From positions 7,265-71,264 of the forward strand of contig CAZBZO010000001.1 of assembly GCA_964496425.1 (NCBI GenBank): DNA of 64,000 nt, in the 5' to 3' direction. Positions 28,323 through 37,129 of this stretch are shown here, in pieces (within the stretch, counting starts at the first letter, position 1; the number at the start of each line of letters is the position of its first letter). This stretch comes from an uncultured Candidatus Saccharibacteria bacterium. GTDB taxonomy: Bacteria; Patescibacteriota; Minisyncoccia; Phycocordibacterales; UBA9973. The position numbers were made by a program, and so were the translations under genes. Below the pieces are notes generated by a model. It was given only the letters and a program-made list of their open reading frames with translations. It was not told the origin of the DNA and did not search any database.

Positions 28323-28939
28323 AACTCTATTTCAAAACAATTCAATACGCACAAGAAATACTTGTTATCAGTGGGATTGTAGTCCTGGCATTTTTTCCCC
28401 TCGTACTGATATTCGCACGCGACACTATTGGAAGTGCAGACATTCAACACATCTACAGCATTTCTCACATTTTTTTGTTCTTCGTAATGATCGTGAGGCC
28501 ACTGGCAGATATTTTCACTGGCGTATCCTGGCTACGGCCACTGGTCATACTTCGTAAAGGCGCGGGTGTACTGTCCGCTTCAATCGTTGTTTCTTTTATC
28601 ATCGCCAAGATCATCGTTGATCCGCTCGGATACCTCTCTGGGATCGTCACACTGCCCTACTGGTCTCTCGTCGACTATGCCGTACTCGGACATGTGGCTG
28701 ATATTTCTGCCATCATCCTCCTTGTCACATCGAATAATTTTTCAAAGCGAATCCTCGGATCATGGTGGAAAAAAGTCCAGAAGCTTGCCTATGTGTATTT
28801 TTACGGCAGTGCGCTCTATGTGTATTTGGCATACGGTACACACGACATGCTGGTTGCTATTGTGATCGTTACAATTTTAACTTTGGTCGCCTTTATTAAA
28901 AATAAGAGAAAAACACAATATGAAAATAAAAAAATTTAG
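28319..28939 (+). CDS. Ferric reductase-like (MsrQ-like) transmembrane protein
   Basis: About 6 TM; RPL, LRKGAGV and LLVTSNNFSKRILGSWWKKVQKLAY match the MsrQ pattern, but canonical His residues are absent. Confidence 0.75.
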   Translation: MKLYFKTIQYAQEILVISGIVVLAFFPLVLIFARDTIGSADIQHIYSISHIFLFFVMIVRPLADIFTGVSWLRPLVILRKGAGVLSASIVVSFIIAKIIVDPLGYLSGIVTLPYWSLVDYAVLGHVADISAIILLVTSNNFSKRILGSWWKKVQKLAYVYFYGSALYVYLAYGTHDMLVAIVIVTILTLVAFIKNKRKTQYENKKI

Positions 28940-29621
28940 AGGTGTAATAACTGCGGTGAGGGATTTATCCGAGACCGCTAAGGAAGTTGAAATTGCGATT
29001 TCCGAGGATATTGATTTTATCCCTGGCTCATTTGTAAATGTCTTTATGACGATTGATGGCGAAATAGTGCGGCGAGCATTTTCGATCGTCTCCTATGACA
29101 ACGTACACCATACTATCACCTTAGCAGTGCGACTGAGTCCGGAAGGCGTACTGACGCCACTTTTTTGGAAAAGAAATATGATCGGCGAACAGGTCGAGCT
29201 GATGGGTCCTTTGGGTCTCAATACCGCTGATAAGATGCACCATAGAAAGATTTACCTGTTTGGTTTTGGAGTCGGTGCTGGCGTCGTCCGATCACTGGCT
29301 GATCATTTTAGCGGACAAAAGACAATCGAGCAGTTGGTTATCATGACCGGCAGCAAGTATGAAGAAGATATCCTGTACAAAGCACATTTCGATGGGCTCG
29401 CCCGCATATCTCCCTACGTATCAACATCCTATGTCGTTTCGCGTAACACCCTGGATTCTAAAATTCCTAAGGGCTACCTGCAAGATCATATCGGAGGCAT
29501 GGATTTTAATAATGCCGATGTCTATGTCTGCGGACAAGAAGCTGCCTGTGTGGCACTTACTGAAAAAATAAAACATCAAAATCCTGTTAATTGTAGTTTT
29601 TTTATCGAGGGATTTCATTAA
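28920..29621 (+). CDS. FNR-like FAD/NAD(P)H oxidoreductase
   Basis: FIPGSFV, RRAFSIVS, GPLG, YVCG and C-terminal EGFH. Confidence 0.85.
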   Translation: MKIKKFRGVITAVRDLSETAKEVEIAISEDIDFIPGSFVNVFMTIDGEIVRRAFSIVSYDNVHHTITLAVRLSPEGVLTPLFWKRNMIGEQVELMGPLGLNTADKMHHRKIYLFGFGVGAGVVRSLADHFSGQKTIEQLVIMTGSKYEEDILYKAHFDGLARISPYVSTSYVVSRNTLDSKIPKGYLQDHIGGMDFNNADVYVCGQEAACVALTEKIKHQNPVNCSFFIEGFH

Positions 29622-29645
29622 TTGTTTTACCGATGATTTAGGCAA

Positions 29646-29824
29646 TAAAAAATGGGAGATACTTTAATGTATCTCCCATTCTCCTTTCACTCAATTTATT
29701 CAAAACCATTTATAATGACAACCACGACGGTTGGAGTATTCTCCCCGTACGCCTTCTCTCGCACACAATCTTCCTCGCGGCGTACGGGCCTACCGTGTCC
29801 AGCACACAGTATCTTAAATATCTT
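29646..29824 (-). ncRNA. Candidate ~180-nt ncRNA A
   Basis: TTGACA (29859)-17-TATAAT (29836) promoter with extended TG; CCCGTACGCC/GGCGTACGGG stem; terminator 29651-29680 plus U-tract; no credible ORF. Confidence 0.55.
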
Positions 29825-29865
29825 TCTTATATTATAGCAACAAAATCTACTCTTGTCAACTATAA

Positions 29866-30049
29866 TAAAAATGGAGGCGTAGCGTTTAAACTACACCTCC
29901 TTTGCGCACAAGCCGTCATCCCGTTAGCAAGTGCGCTATTTTTGATGTCACACAAAGTGACTTAATTTCGGCCGCATGCCATTAGTTCTAAAACCCATAA
30001 TAACTAATGTGCATGCGGTTGCTTAAGAACCCTAAAAAGAACAAGGGTA
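29866..30049 (-). ncRNA. Candidate ~185-nt ncRNA B
   Basis: TTGACA (30082)-16-TAGGCT (30060) promoter; four hairpins; terminator 29873-29900 plus U-tract. Confidence 0.55.
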
Positions 30050-30101
30050 TTTAAAGCCTAACAGAAGCGATATGTTTGTCAACAAAATGAGTTAATCAGC
30101 C

Positions 30102-30137
30102 AAACAAAAAAGCCCCGATTGATGGGCTTCTTTGTTT
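30102..30137 (-). terminator. Terminator downstream of the Cys-rich membrane protein gene
   Basis: AAACAAAAAAGCCC...GGGCTTCTTTGTTT. Confidence 0.6.
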
Positions 30138-30152
30138 CGAAGATAAGATGAT

Positions 30153-30503
30153 TTAGTTTTCTGGAACCACGATAGAGTCAGTCGTATCCTCTTGGATAAA
30201 AACTGGCATACCGCTATACATCATTGGGGAGATCATTTGATGACCGTAGCTTCTACTTCCCTCAAACCGGCCTTTCATTTCACCGATATTAAGCCCGACG
30301 CAAAAGACGCCGAGTATAATGAGAAGTCCTAAAAACCAGCGGAGAAAATAATGTTTGTATGTACAAGAGAGTCCATAGTTTCGTCCACCGCAGCCGCAGC
30401 CACAGTTTCCTCCTCCCATACCACATCCGCAGCCGCCACCATTGCAACAACTGCCTCCACCTTGATGAATATTCATATTTTCGCTCATTTTTTTATTTTC
30501 CAT
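30153..30503 (-). CDS. Single-TM protein with a Cys/Gly-rich N-terminus
   Basis: GGGSCCNGGGCGCGMGGGNCGCGCGG followed by a TM helix. Confidence 0.7.
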   Translation of the reverse strand: MENKKMSENMNIHQGGGSCCNGGGCGCGMGGGNCGCGCGGRNYGLSCTYKHYFLRWFLGLLIILGVFCVGLNIGEMKGRFEGSRSYGHQMISPMMYSGMPVFIQEDTTDSIVVPEN

Positions 30504-30639
30504 GAATGTTTCTTTTATTCTTACGACCTTTGATACATACAGTATACTAAAAGTCTGCCAAAAAAGTAAATTTGTGTGTACTAAAACACATCACGAGCGT
30601 AGATTTACTCCTCGGAAGCTATGCTATACTAAAGCATCT

Positions 30640-31368
30640 ATGGATGATAAAAACGTTCGACCGTCTAAAAAAATTGCTCACCTCACTCTCGATCAAATAC
30701 GCACGCACTGTCTCGAAGAAGCAGGGGCTGATAAGACGCAAGCGCGCGTCTGCCGTATCAACGAAGAGCTTGCGCAAGGTTTTACCGATGTCGGACAATA
30801 TCCGCGCTCCGTCACCTTCTATGGCTCTGCCCGCTTCACTGAAGAGCACCCGGCATATATCCAAGCTCGAAGAATAGCCAACCGCATCTCGACCGAACTT
30901 GGATTTACGGTCATCACTGGTGGCGGCCCTGGCATCATGGAAGCCGCCAATCGCGGTGCGTTTGAAGCTAAAGGCAATTCCGTCGGTCTTACCATCAAGC
31001 TCCCGACCGAACAATTCGACAACCCGTACCTTACTGACAGTGTTCCCTTCTATTTCTTCTTCGCTCGCAAAGTGGCGCTGTCGTTTGCAGCTGAAACAGC
31101 ACTTTTTTTCCCGGGCGGCTTTGGTACGCTTGATGAATTTTTCGAAATTATTACTCTTGCGCAAACCGGCAAGATTCCGCCGTTACCACTTGTCTTGGTT
31201 GGAAAATCTTTCTGGGATCCGATCGCAACCTTGATGGAGAGACATCTCTACGAGACCTATGGCACCATCAATCGAGAAGATCTCAAGCTCTATACGATCA
31301 CTGACGATGATGATGTCGTGATTGATATTATCCGCAAAGCAAAAAGTCGCACTGACTTACAGGAATAA
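30640..31368 (+). CDS. LOG family protein (TIGR00730-like)
   Basis: YGSAR, TGGGPGIMEAAN, FFARK and PGGFGTLDE; start moved to ATG 30640. Confidence 0.92.
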   Translation: MDDKNVRPSKKIAHLTLDQIRTHCLEEAGADKTQARVCRINEELAQGFTDVGQYPRSVTFYGSARFTEEHPAYIQARRIANRISTELGFTVITGGGPGIMEAANRGAFEAKGNSVGLTIKLPTEQFDNPYLTDSVPFYFFFARKVALSFAAETALFFPGGFGTLDEFFEIITLAQTGKIPPLPLVLVGKSFWDPIATLMERHLYETYGTINREDLKLYTITDDDDVVIDIIRKAKSRTDLQE

Positions 31369-31401
31369 AAGAAAAACTCCCGATTGCGGGAGTTTTTCTT
31401 T
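31368..31401. terminator. Bidirectional terminator between the LOG gene and pyrG
   Basis: AAAGAAAAACTCCC...GGGAGTTTTTCTTT. Confidence 0.75.
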
Positions 31402-33050
31402 TATTTTTTAATACATGCTTTTACGAAAGCAGTAAACAGTGGATGCGGCGTAAGTGGTCTACCCTTGAGCTCTGGATGAAACTGCGTGCCTAAGAAAAAT
31501 GGATGCACTTTTTTTGGAAGCTCAGCGATCTCCATCAAGACGCCGTCGGGCGAACGACCTGAGAATACGAGGCCCGCTTTTTCAAGCTCTGGAATAAATA
31601 CTGGATTGACTTCATAGCGATGACGATGACGCTCGGAAATAGTTTTGCTGCCATAGGCGGTAGATGCAATAGTGCCTTCTTTGAGCACAGCAGGATACGC
31701 ACCAAGGCGCATGGTCGCTCCATAGCGATGGGAATTTATATTCTCTTTTTGAGACTCCATAATATCGATCACGGGATATTTTGATTTTGGATCAACTTCG
31801 CGCGTATTGGCACCTTTCAAGCCAAGCACATTTCTAGCATATTCAATGGTTGCGAGCTGCATACCATAACAGAGACCGAAGAATGGGATCTTGTTTTTGC
31901 GAACATATTCAATGACTTTTATTTTTCCTTCCACGCCGCGGGCGCCAAATCCTCCAGGAACGATCACGCCATCATATTTTTTAAGTTCAGCAAGTTTCTT
32001 CTTACCTGTTTCAAAATCCACCGCACTCATCCAGGTCAAAACTGGTTTTCTTTTTTGGGCGTACGCAGAATATTTGATTGATTCGATGACAGAAAGATAC
32101 GCATCAGACAAGATATAGTCGCCGGTATCAAAATACTTACCGACAATGGCAATACGAACCTCGCCCGAGGGATGATGCACAGCCGAAGTAAACCGTTTCC
32201 ACGCTGTAATTTTTTCATTGACCGGATTGCCACACTTGAGTCCGAGCAATTCACATAAGAGATTGCTAACACCTTCTTTTTCAAAATTGGTCGGTACATC
32301 ATACACACTTGAGACATCAGGAGCAGAAATAACGCGGCCTCTTGGAACATTGCAGAAAAATGAAATTTTTTCTTTGCGCTTTTCGTCGAGTGGCATATCG
32401 CTTCGAGCAATAATCACATCCGGCTGTACGCCTGAGGCATTGAGTGTACGGACTGCGTACTGGGTCGGTTTGGTCTTCATTTCACCTATTTTGGATGGGA
32501 CTGGAAGATACGACACCATGACAGTAAAGACATCGTTGGGCGTTTCGATTTTCATCATACGAATCGCTTCAAGAAAGAGGACACTTTGGTATTCTCCGAC
32601 AGTACCTCCCACTTCCACGATTACTACATCAGCTTTGGCTAAGCTTTGGGCTTTTTTGATACGATCGATCACTTCCATCGGCACATGAGGCACTACTTCG
32701 ACGCATTTGCCACCGTATTCCATGCTGCGTTCGCGATGAATAACACTTTCATAGACGCGCCCAGTTGTCATGTAATTGATACGAGTCAGATCAATATTCA
32801 AAAAGCGCTCATAGTTGCCCATATCTTGATCTGTTTCATCGCCGTCATCGAGCACAAAAACTTCTCCGTGCTCAGTCGGATTCATGGTGCCAGCATCAAC
32901 GTTGATATACGGATCAATCTTAATGGCGGTCACGGTAAGCCCGCGATCCTGCAAAATTTTTCCAATTGACGACGTGGTAATCCCCTTTCCAACACCAGAG
33001 ATGACACCACCCACAACGAATATGTACTTGGGCTCGCGTTTGTTTGCCAT
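31401..33050 (-). CDS. pyrG: CTP synthase
   Basis: GGVISGVGKG, KIDPYINVD, KTKPTQ, GLCYGMQ, ERHRHRYE and QFHPE motifs. Confidence 0.98.
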   Translation of the reverse strand: MANKREPKYIFVVGGVISGVGKGITTSSIGKILQDRGLTVTAIKIDPYINVDAGTMNPTEHGEVFVLDDGDETDQDMGNYERFLNIDLTRINYMTTGRVYESVIHRERSMEYGGKCVEVVPHVPMEVIDRIKKAQSLAKADVVIVEVGGTVGEYQSVLFLEAIRMMKIETPNDVFTVMVSYLPVPSKIGEMKTKPTQYAVRTLNASGVQPDVIIARSDMPLDEKRKEKISFFCNVPRGRVISAPDVSSVYDVPTNFEKEGVSNLLCELLGLKCGNPVNEKITAWKRFTSAVHHPSGEVRIAIVGKYFDTGDYILSDAYLSVIESIKYSAYAQKRKPVLTWMSAVDFETGKKKLAELKKYDGVIVPGGFGARGVEGKIKVIEYVRKNKIPFFGLCYGMQLATIEYARNVLGLKGANTREVDPKSKYPVIDIMESQKENINSHRYGATMRLGAYPAVLKEGTIASTAYGSKTISERHRHRYEVNPVFIPELEKAGLVFSGRSPDGVLMEIAELPKKVHPFFLGTQFHPELKGRPLTPHPLFTAFVKACIKK

Positions 33051-33058
33051 AAAATTTT

Positions 33059-33991
33059 TTATCGTGACAGATACCGTCTAATTGCTAGTAAGCTTGAAAT
33101 CACACCGAGTGTAATGCCTGAGAAAAACAAAATGGCGAAGATTTGCAGGAAATTGGCTTTGTAATAATCGAAAACATTTATACCAAGAAAATCACTCATG
33201 TGCGTGCCAAGCCAGAGCGATATCGGAACGAAAAGTAAAATGGTAACAATTGTTGCAATGATACCATAGACAACACCCTGGATCACAAACGGGCCTTCGA
33301 TATAGCGGTTGCCAGCGCCCACGAGGCGCATAATAGCGATCTCTTCACGAGCGAAGTAGATAGTGAGGCGAATAGTATTGAAAGAGATAATGATAGAAAT
33401 CGCGATCAGCAAGAGCGTGATCAAAAGTCCGAGCTTATCCGCTGCTTTGATAATTTTTTGCAGTTTCTCAATAACCAGGCGCTTCTGCTCTTGGTTGTAG
33501 TCAGTACTTGAAACACTGCCAAGCGCATCTTTGGAAAGCGTGTCACCGCCGTTATTTAAAAATTTGGTAATACCTTCGTACTGAGAAATGTCGCGCGCTG
33601 TGATATTGAGCGATGGTTCAAGTGGATTGGCATCAAGCTCATCGAGGGCTTGAAGTGTGGTTTCATCCCCGGCATGTTTGACCCGAAATGTCGCCAGAGC
33701 TTGTTCGCTCGAAATATATTCTACGGCTGCTACCTCTGGGAGCTTTTCAAGAGACGACTTGAGGTTGGCGATCGCATCCTCGTCCGTGCCGACGGCGAAG
33801 GAAACGGTAATATCAACTTTGTTTTCTATTTGAGTGAGCGACGCATGGAGGGCTGCTTGTAAAAATATAAGCGTCAGGATAACCGAGAGCGTAATCGTCA
33901 CGACTAACACAGAGGCCATAGAGACGATACCGTTTCTCTTGAAATTGATCAGCCCTGAGCGAACTATTCTTTTGTAATCGAGGAAAATCAT
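33059..33991 (-). CDS. ftsX: Cell division permease FtsX
   Basis: FNTIRLTIYFAREEIAIMRLVGA and GPF; lies downstream of ftsE. Confidence 0.92.
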   Translation of the reverse strand: MIFLDYKRIVRSGLINFKRNGIVSMASVLVVTITLSVILTLIFLQAALHASLTQIENKVDITVSFAVGTDEDAIANLKSSLEKLPEVAAVEYISSEQALATFRVKHAGDETTLQALDELDANPLEPSLNITARDISQYEGITKFLNNGGDTLSKDALGSVSSTDYNQEQKRLVIEKLQKIIKAADKLGLLITLLLIAISIIISFNTIRLTIYFAREEIAIMRLVGAGNRYIEGPFVIQGVVYGIIATIVTILLFVPISLWLGTHMSDFLGINVFDYYKANFLQIFAILFFSGITLGVISSLLAIRRYLSR

Positions 33992-33993
33992 AT

Positions 33994-34674
33994 TTAAATT
34001 GCGTACTTGCCGTCTGTATTATCACGCACTACCTTACCACCTTCAAGCGTGATCACCCGGCGCCCTATTGAGTCTATCACACCGCGATTGTGGGTCGTAA
34101 GAATAACCGTGGTACCAAGATCATTGATCTTTTTTAGTATCTGCACTACTTCGTAGGTATTGATCGGATCGAGGTTGCCTGTCGGCTCATCTGCAATGAT
34201 CACTTCGGGTTGATTGATAATAGCGCGTGCAATCGCTAAGCGTTGCTGCTCGCCACCGGAGAGCTGGTGGGGAAAGTTGTAGGCACGGCTCGAAAGATCC
34301 ACGAGCTCAAGCACATGCGGCACGTCGGAAGCTATTTCATCATCGGGTTTGCCGGCACTTTCCATAGCGAATGCAATATTTTCATATGCATTTTTATTTG
34401 GCAAAAGACGGAAATCTTGAAATACCGTGCCTATCCGACGACGCAGCTTGCGAATATCTTTGGTCGGCAATCCGTGAATATCGAGTGATTCGAAAAATAC
34501 TTTTCCTGCAGTCGGCCGCTCTTCAGCTAAAATAAGCTTGATGAGAGTGGTCTTCCCTGCTCCAGAATGTCCGACGATCGATACAAATTCTCCCGCACTC
34601 ACTGAAAAATTAATACCGTCGAGTGAGACGGAACCGTTGGGGTATACTTTTGAAACTCCGTTGAAATAAATCAT
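33994..34674 (-). CDS. ftsE: Cell division ATPase FtsE
   Basis: GHSGAGKT, VFQDFRLL, LSGGEQQR and ADEPTGNLD. Confidence 0.95.
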   Translation of the reverse strand: MIYFNGVSKVYPNGSVSLDGINFSVSAGEFVSIVGHSGAGKTTLIKLILAEERPTAGKVFFESLDIHGLPTKDIRKLRRRIGTVFQDFRLLPNKNAYENIAFAMESAGKPDDEIASDVPHVLELVDLSSRAYNFPHQLSGGEQQRLAIARAIINQPEVIIADEPTGNLDPINTYEVVQILKKINDLGTTVILTTHNRGVIDSIGRRVITLEGGKVVRDNTDGKYAI

Positions 34675-34833
34675 GAGGATGGTACATAGTGTGTAGAAAA
34701 TAATAAATAGAAAAACAAATTGCCGTTTTTCATACCTACAACCTTCACACTACAACCAGGTCATTATACCCCAAAACAAGGAATACAAAAAATAGTCTAT
34801 TTCAACTACCCGTAGGCAAATCAAACTCTCTAT

Positions 34834-35715
34834 TTAGAGCTTTTTCTCCGCTTCAATAAAGAGCTCGAGCGCCCCCTCAAGAAGGACACTATCGACATCG
34901 GAGGTTTCTACGCCAGTGCGATGGTCTTTAACCATCTTATACGGATGAACAACATAGGAGCGGATCTGGTTGCCCCATTCTATATCAGTCGTGCGAGCGA
35001 TTTGCATGCTTTCTGCTAGGTCTTTTTGTTCATCTTGGGCTTTTTTAAACAGTTTGCCTCGAAGAATCTCTAGAGCGCGCTCTTTGTTTTGCTCTTGGGA
35101 GCGCTCCTCGCGGACTAAAATACTGATACCGGTCGGTGTGTGCGTCACGCGCACTGCCGTCTCGCGCTTGTTGACGTTTTGCCCGCCTGGACCGCCAGCT
35201 CGAGCAAAATCGACTTCCACATCAGCATCATGGAGCTCAGGCATTAGCGCTTTTGGAATTTTGGGTACCACTTCCACCAATGCAAAGGACGTATGGCGGA
35301 GCTTTTTGGAATTGAACGGCGAAATCCGCACCAAGCGATGCACACCACTCTCCCGACCCAAAAGTCCGTAGGCACCGGCACCTGACACTTCGATACTTAG
35401 GTTGCGATAACCGCCGTGATCATTTTGGTTTTCATGGATAAGCGAATACGAAAGTTTGGCGCGTGAAAAATATTGTCGATACATTTCAAATAACATTCGA
35501 GCAAAATCTTCAGCATCATCTCCACCAGCGCCGGCCAAAATACTCATAATAGCTGAGCCACGGTCAAATCCACCGACGCCTTCTTTTTTATCTTTGAGCG
35601 CTTGGAGTTTTCGTACTGCCGTCTGGGCTTTTTCCTTATCATCCCAAAAATGAGCTTCACCCATGGCTGCTTCAATTTCTGCTATTTCTTTTTCAATATC
35701 GTGTACGGTTTCCAT
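34834..35715 (-). CDS. prfB: Peptide chain release factor 2, short form
   Basis: [11 protein letters not shown] (SPF), GGQNVN and WGNQIRSY. Confidence 0.93.
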   Translation of the reverse strand: METVHDIEKEIAEIEAAMGEAHFWDDKEKAQTAVRKLQALKDKKEGVGGFDRGSAIMSILAGAGGDDAEDFARMLFEMYRQYFSRAKLSYSLIHENQNDHGGYRNLSIEVSGAGAYGLLGRESGVHRLVRISPFNSKKLRHTSFALVEVVPKIPKALMPELHDADVEVDFARAGGPGGQNVNKRETAVRVTHTPTGISILVREERSQEQNKERALEILRGKLFKKAQDEQKDLAESMQIARTTDIEWGNQIRSYVVHPYKMVKDHRTGVETSDVDSVLLEGALELFIEAEKKL

Positions 35716-35741
35716 AGTATATATAGTATCTTATTTCAATG

Positions 35742-35814
35742 AGCCAGTGGTCGGGATTGAACCGACGACCCCGTCTTTACGAAAGACGTGCTCTACCAAC
35801 TGAGCTACACTGGC
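35742..35814 (-). tRNA. tRNA-Thr(CGT)
   Basis: GCCAGTG acceptor, CGTCT-TTCGTAA-AGACG anticodon arm. Confidence 0.95.
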
Positions 35815-35897
35815 AAACTTTAAACGTCATACCTACCAAAACAGCTACACTGGCATATTTATCTGTAGATTATAAATTTACATCTACGACAATCTAG

Positions 35898-35970
35898 AGC
35901 CGTTGATCGGGATTGAACCGATGACCTCGTCATTACCAATGACGTGCTCTACCAACTGAGCTACAACGGC
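35898..35970 (-). tRNA. tRNA-Thr(GGT)
   Basis: GCCGTTG acceptor, CGTCA-TTGGTAA-TGACG anticodon arm. Confidence 0.95.
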
Positions 35971-36083
35971 AAACTGGGCGAATCATACTATATATAGTGG
36001 ATATTTTCAATTTAAAATAGAAAAAGCTCTGTCTCCAAAAGAGCAGATTTTTCGTATTAAAAACTTAGACATAAAACCGATTG

Positions 36084-36154
36084 TTGCGGGGAGCCGACTC
36101 GAACGGCTGTCTCCAGGTTATGAGCCTGACGAGATACCACTTCTCTACCCCGCG
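36084..36154 (-). tRNA. Initiator tRNA-fMet(CAT)
   Basis: C1:A72 mismatch, A11-U24 pair, TCAGG-CTCATAA-CCTGG anticodon arm. Confidence 0.9.
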
Positions 36155-36225
36155 CGCTAGTGTGGATGTGATTATACGCAAAAATTGATTAAATGCAATA
36201 TGGGTATTTTACTGAAAAATAGATT

Positions 36226-36768
36226 TTATCGTAAAGTTCTTTTTATTTCATTATTTTCCAAAATTTCTTGAGGAAATTTAAACTCTTTATTGGTTTCAAT
36301 CTTCACAAATCGTACACCGAGATTATCAGCAAACTGGCGGTCAGTATCTCGGTCACCAAACATATAAGAGTTTTGAAGGTCAATTTTACCTTCTCTTTCG
36401 TTCAAGAATCCTTCAAGTCCGCCAATATTTGGCTTGCGACAATTACAACCTTCATCTGGTCCATGCGGGCACACCATAACAAAATCAAAAGTAACTCCTT
36501 CGGCGCCGAGCTCATCATTTATTCTTTGCATGACAGCATCAAAAACTTCTTTTGGGTGTTTCGAGCTTCCTAGAAAAGTTTGGTTGGTCACCATTACGAG
36601 CTTATACCCATTGTCAACGAGTTTTTTCAGATTCTCTTTCCCACCTTCCATAAAACGAAACTCTTCCATGCTTTTCAACGGAAAAGTTTCCCTCGGATCT
36701 ACTCCTTCAGGTTTCTCTGGCTCCCACAGAAAAGTTCCATCTCTATCTACAAACGCATATTTTTGCAT
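36226..36768 (-). CDS. HAD-IIIA phosphatase (HisB-N / GmhB-like)
   Basis: DRDGT, VTNQ, CPH...CNCRKP and GDRDTD. Confidence 0.9.
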   Translation of the reverse strand: MQKYAFVDRDGTFLWEPEKPEGVDPRETFPLKSMEEFRFMEGGKENLKKLVDNGYKLVMVTNQTFLGSSKHPKEVFDAVMQRINDELGAEGVTFDFVMVCPHGPDEGCNCRKPNIGGLEGFLNEREGKIDLQNSYMFGDRDTDRQFADNLGVRFVKIETNKEFKFPQEILENNEIKRTLR

Positions 36769-36842
36769 GTTTAAATAGTACCACAGTTAAAGTCTGCTGT
36801 ACTAATTCAATTTTTGAAGCTTATTTATTAAGCCAAAAAGAT

Positions 36843-37009
36843 GCGCAGACCGGAATCTTTCCCGCGACTTAAAATTTTTTGTCAAAAATTTTAGTCTGGG
36901 CACCGCCTCACGTTTTGACTGCTGTTAAAACATTGCTCCGGCGTTCAAGTCCTTAAAATGTTCCACATTTTATCGACTGCAGAAAAAGCCCCGCTAGGGG
37001 CTTTTTCTT
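36843..37009. repeat. tRNA-Asp-derived structured element with terminator
   Basis: Direct copy GCGCAGACCGGA at 36843, inverted copy GTTCAAGTCC...TCGACTGC at 36943-36980, several hairpins, terminator 36981-37008. Confidence 0.6.
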
Positions 37010-37086
37010 TGGCGCAGTCGACCGGACTTGAACCGGCAACCTCCCACGTGACAGGCGGGCGCTCTAACCAGTTGAGCTACGACTGC
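37010..37086 (-). tRNA. tRNA-Asp(GTC), CCA encoded
   Basis: GCAGTCG acceptor, CCCGC-CTGTCAC-GTGGG anticodon arm. Confidence 0.95.
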
Positions 37087-37129
37087 ATAACCGACGTAAA
37101 AATACCATAAAATGAAACTAAAAACAATG

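Noticed and set aside
29652-29837. 61-aa plus-strand ORF
   Set aside because: It starts inside a terminator hairpin and is antisense to a consensus-promoted unit
29866-29900. CGCCTCCA on the minus strand as a tmRNA 3' end
   Set aside because: There is no T-arm or matching 5' GGGG end, and it is explained as a terminator arm
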